Assembly (NCBI GenBank): GCA_028534125.1
Contig: CM052817.1
Location: forward strand, 9,302,001-9,366,000
DNA length: 64,000 nt
From: Lama glama
Lineage: Eukaryota
Reading direction: 5' to 3'
Part shown: one piece after another, positions 61,476-64,000 of the stretch
How positions within the stretch are numbered: position 1 is the stretch's first letter
How the letters are laid out: each line of letters opens with the position of its first letter
The notes under the pieces: model-generated
Database searches by the model: none
What the model was told of the DNA's origin: nothing
The model's input: only the letters and a program-made list of their open reading frames with translations
Translations under genes and position numbers: made by a program

Positions 61476-64000
61476 AAAAACTACTCAAGTCTGACTAGGT
61501 CTCTCTTTAGCCACATGACCAAGGGTGAGCCTCCTTCTTTTCTTGGCCTATTACTGAAAATGGTGGAATTGGGTTAGGTAAGTGGTTGTCCGAGTATAAA
61601 CCTTGGGTTTCTTAGAGTTTTCGGGACTTTTTCAGAAGTGTTCTGGGGGAGAGGTAAAGGAAGGAGGGCCAAGCGGGTCGGCTCTCCATCTCCCAGGTCC
61701 TCACACCTTCTTCAGAGATGTTGCTCTTGGAGGTATAACATAGATTTCTATTTCTGCCTACAATTTCATTCCTGCAAAACACTCCATGGTTTTAAAATAT
61801 TTGAATGTTACTGGAATAGATTATTTCTAAAGCCTCTTCCAGTTTTTCCATGTTTTTTCTTTGGGGAGGACGAAGGGGAACAAAGGCTGCCATGTGCTGA
61901 ATCCTTACGAAGTGCCAGGAACTCAATGCAGATGCACTGATGATTCCCGCTTTATCGGAGGGGATAAGAGCTTGCATTAAGACCCCGTGGCCGTGAATAA
62001 AATCGAGATGTGAGTTGAAGTCAGTATGACTTAACCATTACCTTTTCGAGTTGTCTAGGGAGAAAGGTGAGTTGCTGAAATACGCCCACATTTTGTCTGC
62101 TTTGTCATGAGAAGATAGCCCAAGTGACAAAGCAGGGCTTAGGGCCTTTGCAGAGCTGTTAATCTCATGTAGGAGTGAAAAGCTCGGAGGGGAATGTCTG
62201 TAATGGCCGCGGCTGCTGGGTGCTAGCGCGCTGACTGTGCCGTTTGAAGTCTGGAGGAAAACTGACCTCCCGAGGATTTAGCATTTCTGGCAATACCACT
62301 AACCTCTCCAGCAAACCACAACATGGCTCAGCGCTCACAGGACTGAACTGAGTCCAGAGGAACCCCGCCTAAGCCAGCTCACAGACCAACACACACAAGG
62401 CAGGTGTTTCAAGCAAGTGACTATCTTACACATAACTATGCAAATCCAAGACTTTACTGACACTAAGAGACACCACAGAACCTTAAATAGAAAATATGAA
62501 CAAAGGAAACTGGTAATTCTATTCAGAGAAAACGGGTTACCACCTGAGACTGGTTCCAAGACAAGCAAGGTTTAATCATAGCCAGGCCATTTGCCTAGGA
62601 ACCTCCACCAGGAACTAAATCACACAATAAAATCTAGAAGTTCCTCGTATCCAGTGCTGCCAAGATGTTTGAGAGGGGTTGACCCTGCCACCCAGTCAAA
62701 CCCATCCAACTGTTTTCCTCTCTGCTGACAAGGGTTCTCTGTGTGCTGTGGTCTGATTGGAAACCAGATCAGTTTTTAGCAAAAGCTGTTCTGTGAAGCC
62801 GATTTTCCAGGAGCCACGATATAATTTCGCTCAGAAGTTGTGAGCCTGATTTTGAAAGTTGATATTGTTATGGAAGTTATCGCTGCACTGATCAATTGAG
62901 GTTTCTTATTTTTTTCTTTTTCAAACTGGGGCAGAGGAATTGAATGAATGAGAAAATTAGGCCTTTAACAGAGGGAAAAAAAAAGTAAAACCCACACTAG
63001 AACATTTCGGAGGATGAATACAGTAAATTGTAAAACTTAAAAAAAAAAAAAAAGAAAGACGGCATTTTTCTGTAGTTCTGGCCCATTTTCCACCTTCTCC
63101 AGCTCATTCTGGGAGACCTCTCCCCTTCTCTTCCAAAACAACAGCAGCCTTAGCTTCGAGACCTTTTGTTATGTCAGCTCCCAAAGTGGGAGTTGTGTGA
63201 TAATGAGGTCTCCCAAGCCAGGCTCTGAGGACAGATAATAACTCTGTTGACTAGGGTTCCACCTTCCTTCTGACGCTTTCAATGGCCTGGAATAAGGCTC
63301 TCCCAGATAAGATGAGAAGTTATTGAACTTCTATCTTCTGAGTAGAAAACTAAAGGAAGTGACACCCTAGTGGAAAAGCCATGGCCTTTATCTTATTCGT
63401 TTTCAAACGTGAGGAGTGACTTTGATGTGTATTAAAAAAAAATGGGGGGAGAAGGAGTTCTCTAATAGTTTCCTAAGAATAAAGCAGTGATTTAAAAGAA
63501 AGAAAAGATGAGAAGAAAGAGAAAGGAAGGAAAGATGGAAGGAAGGAAGGAAGGACAGCAAAGTTCAAAAATAAAGCCAAGACTACAATCATTCCCTGTG
63601 GAACAAACCGACCAACAGGTTTTTCTCTACAATATCTGTAGTTTGCAAAAGAAAATTAAGAAAATAGATGTGGCCCCCTCTTCTGGCAGTGTGGAGTAAC
63701 AGCGAGAGCAAACACTGATTTCTCTGATCTTTTGTTTTGTTGTTTATATTTTAAGGTTCTTCTTGAGGCTGTCGTCAGAAGATAACTATTGCATTAATTA
63801 TCAATGTTTCTATTCCCAGAAGCAAAAATGGGACAGGTGAGCAGCTGTCCAGGAAGCTTCGAGATCTGACGCCCAAGCACATCAGGCGTCTGTCTGTCTG
63901 TTTGCACAGAGCAGGCATGCGTCCAGAAGGCAGAGTTGCCTTCTGTGCAGACAGGGAGACGACGCCCTTTGGATCAGCTGAGCGAAACAGAGAAGCACTG

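Noticed and set aside
1..64000. Prokaryotic-style systems (CRISPR arrays, operons, defence islands) or intact retroviral/L1 coding regions
   Set aside because: The sequence is mammalian intron, UTR and intergenic DNA. No regularly spaced repeats or long RT, gag, pol or env frames are present.

Overview
Mammalian genomic DNA, most likely a camelid (alpaca, llama or camel), judged from two Vic-1-type tRNA-derived SINEs and cetartiodactyl-type L1 3' ends. The window opens in the last intron of CPEB2 (+ strand). It then contains the terminal coding exon (1524-1751; end of RRM2 plus the ZZ zinc-binding domain, ending ...IHFRWN*) and a ~3.8 kb 3'UTR with no recognisable transposons. The UTR carries many CPE, RBFOX, QKI and miRNA seed motifs and ends at AATAAA 5523-5528. 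The remaining ~58 kb is intergenic; by human synteny (recalled, not checked) it lies towards C1QTNF7. It is dominated by MIR, L2, L1, MaLR/ERVL/ERV1 solo LTRs and hAT MER58 elements, with several nested insertions that retain target-site duplications and a few motif-dense islands that may be enhancers. No other protein-coding gene is supported. The oddest observation is three short matches to the CPEB3 HDV-like ribozyme clustered at 45871-46046; they do not fold into a complete ribozyme by eye. Repeat family names come from recalled consensus sequences, and boundaries of old repeats are approximate.
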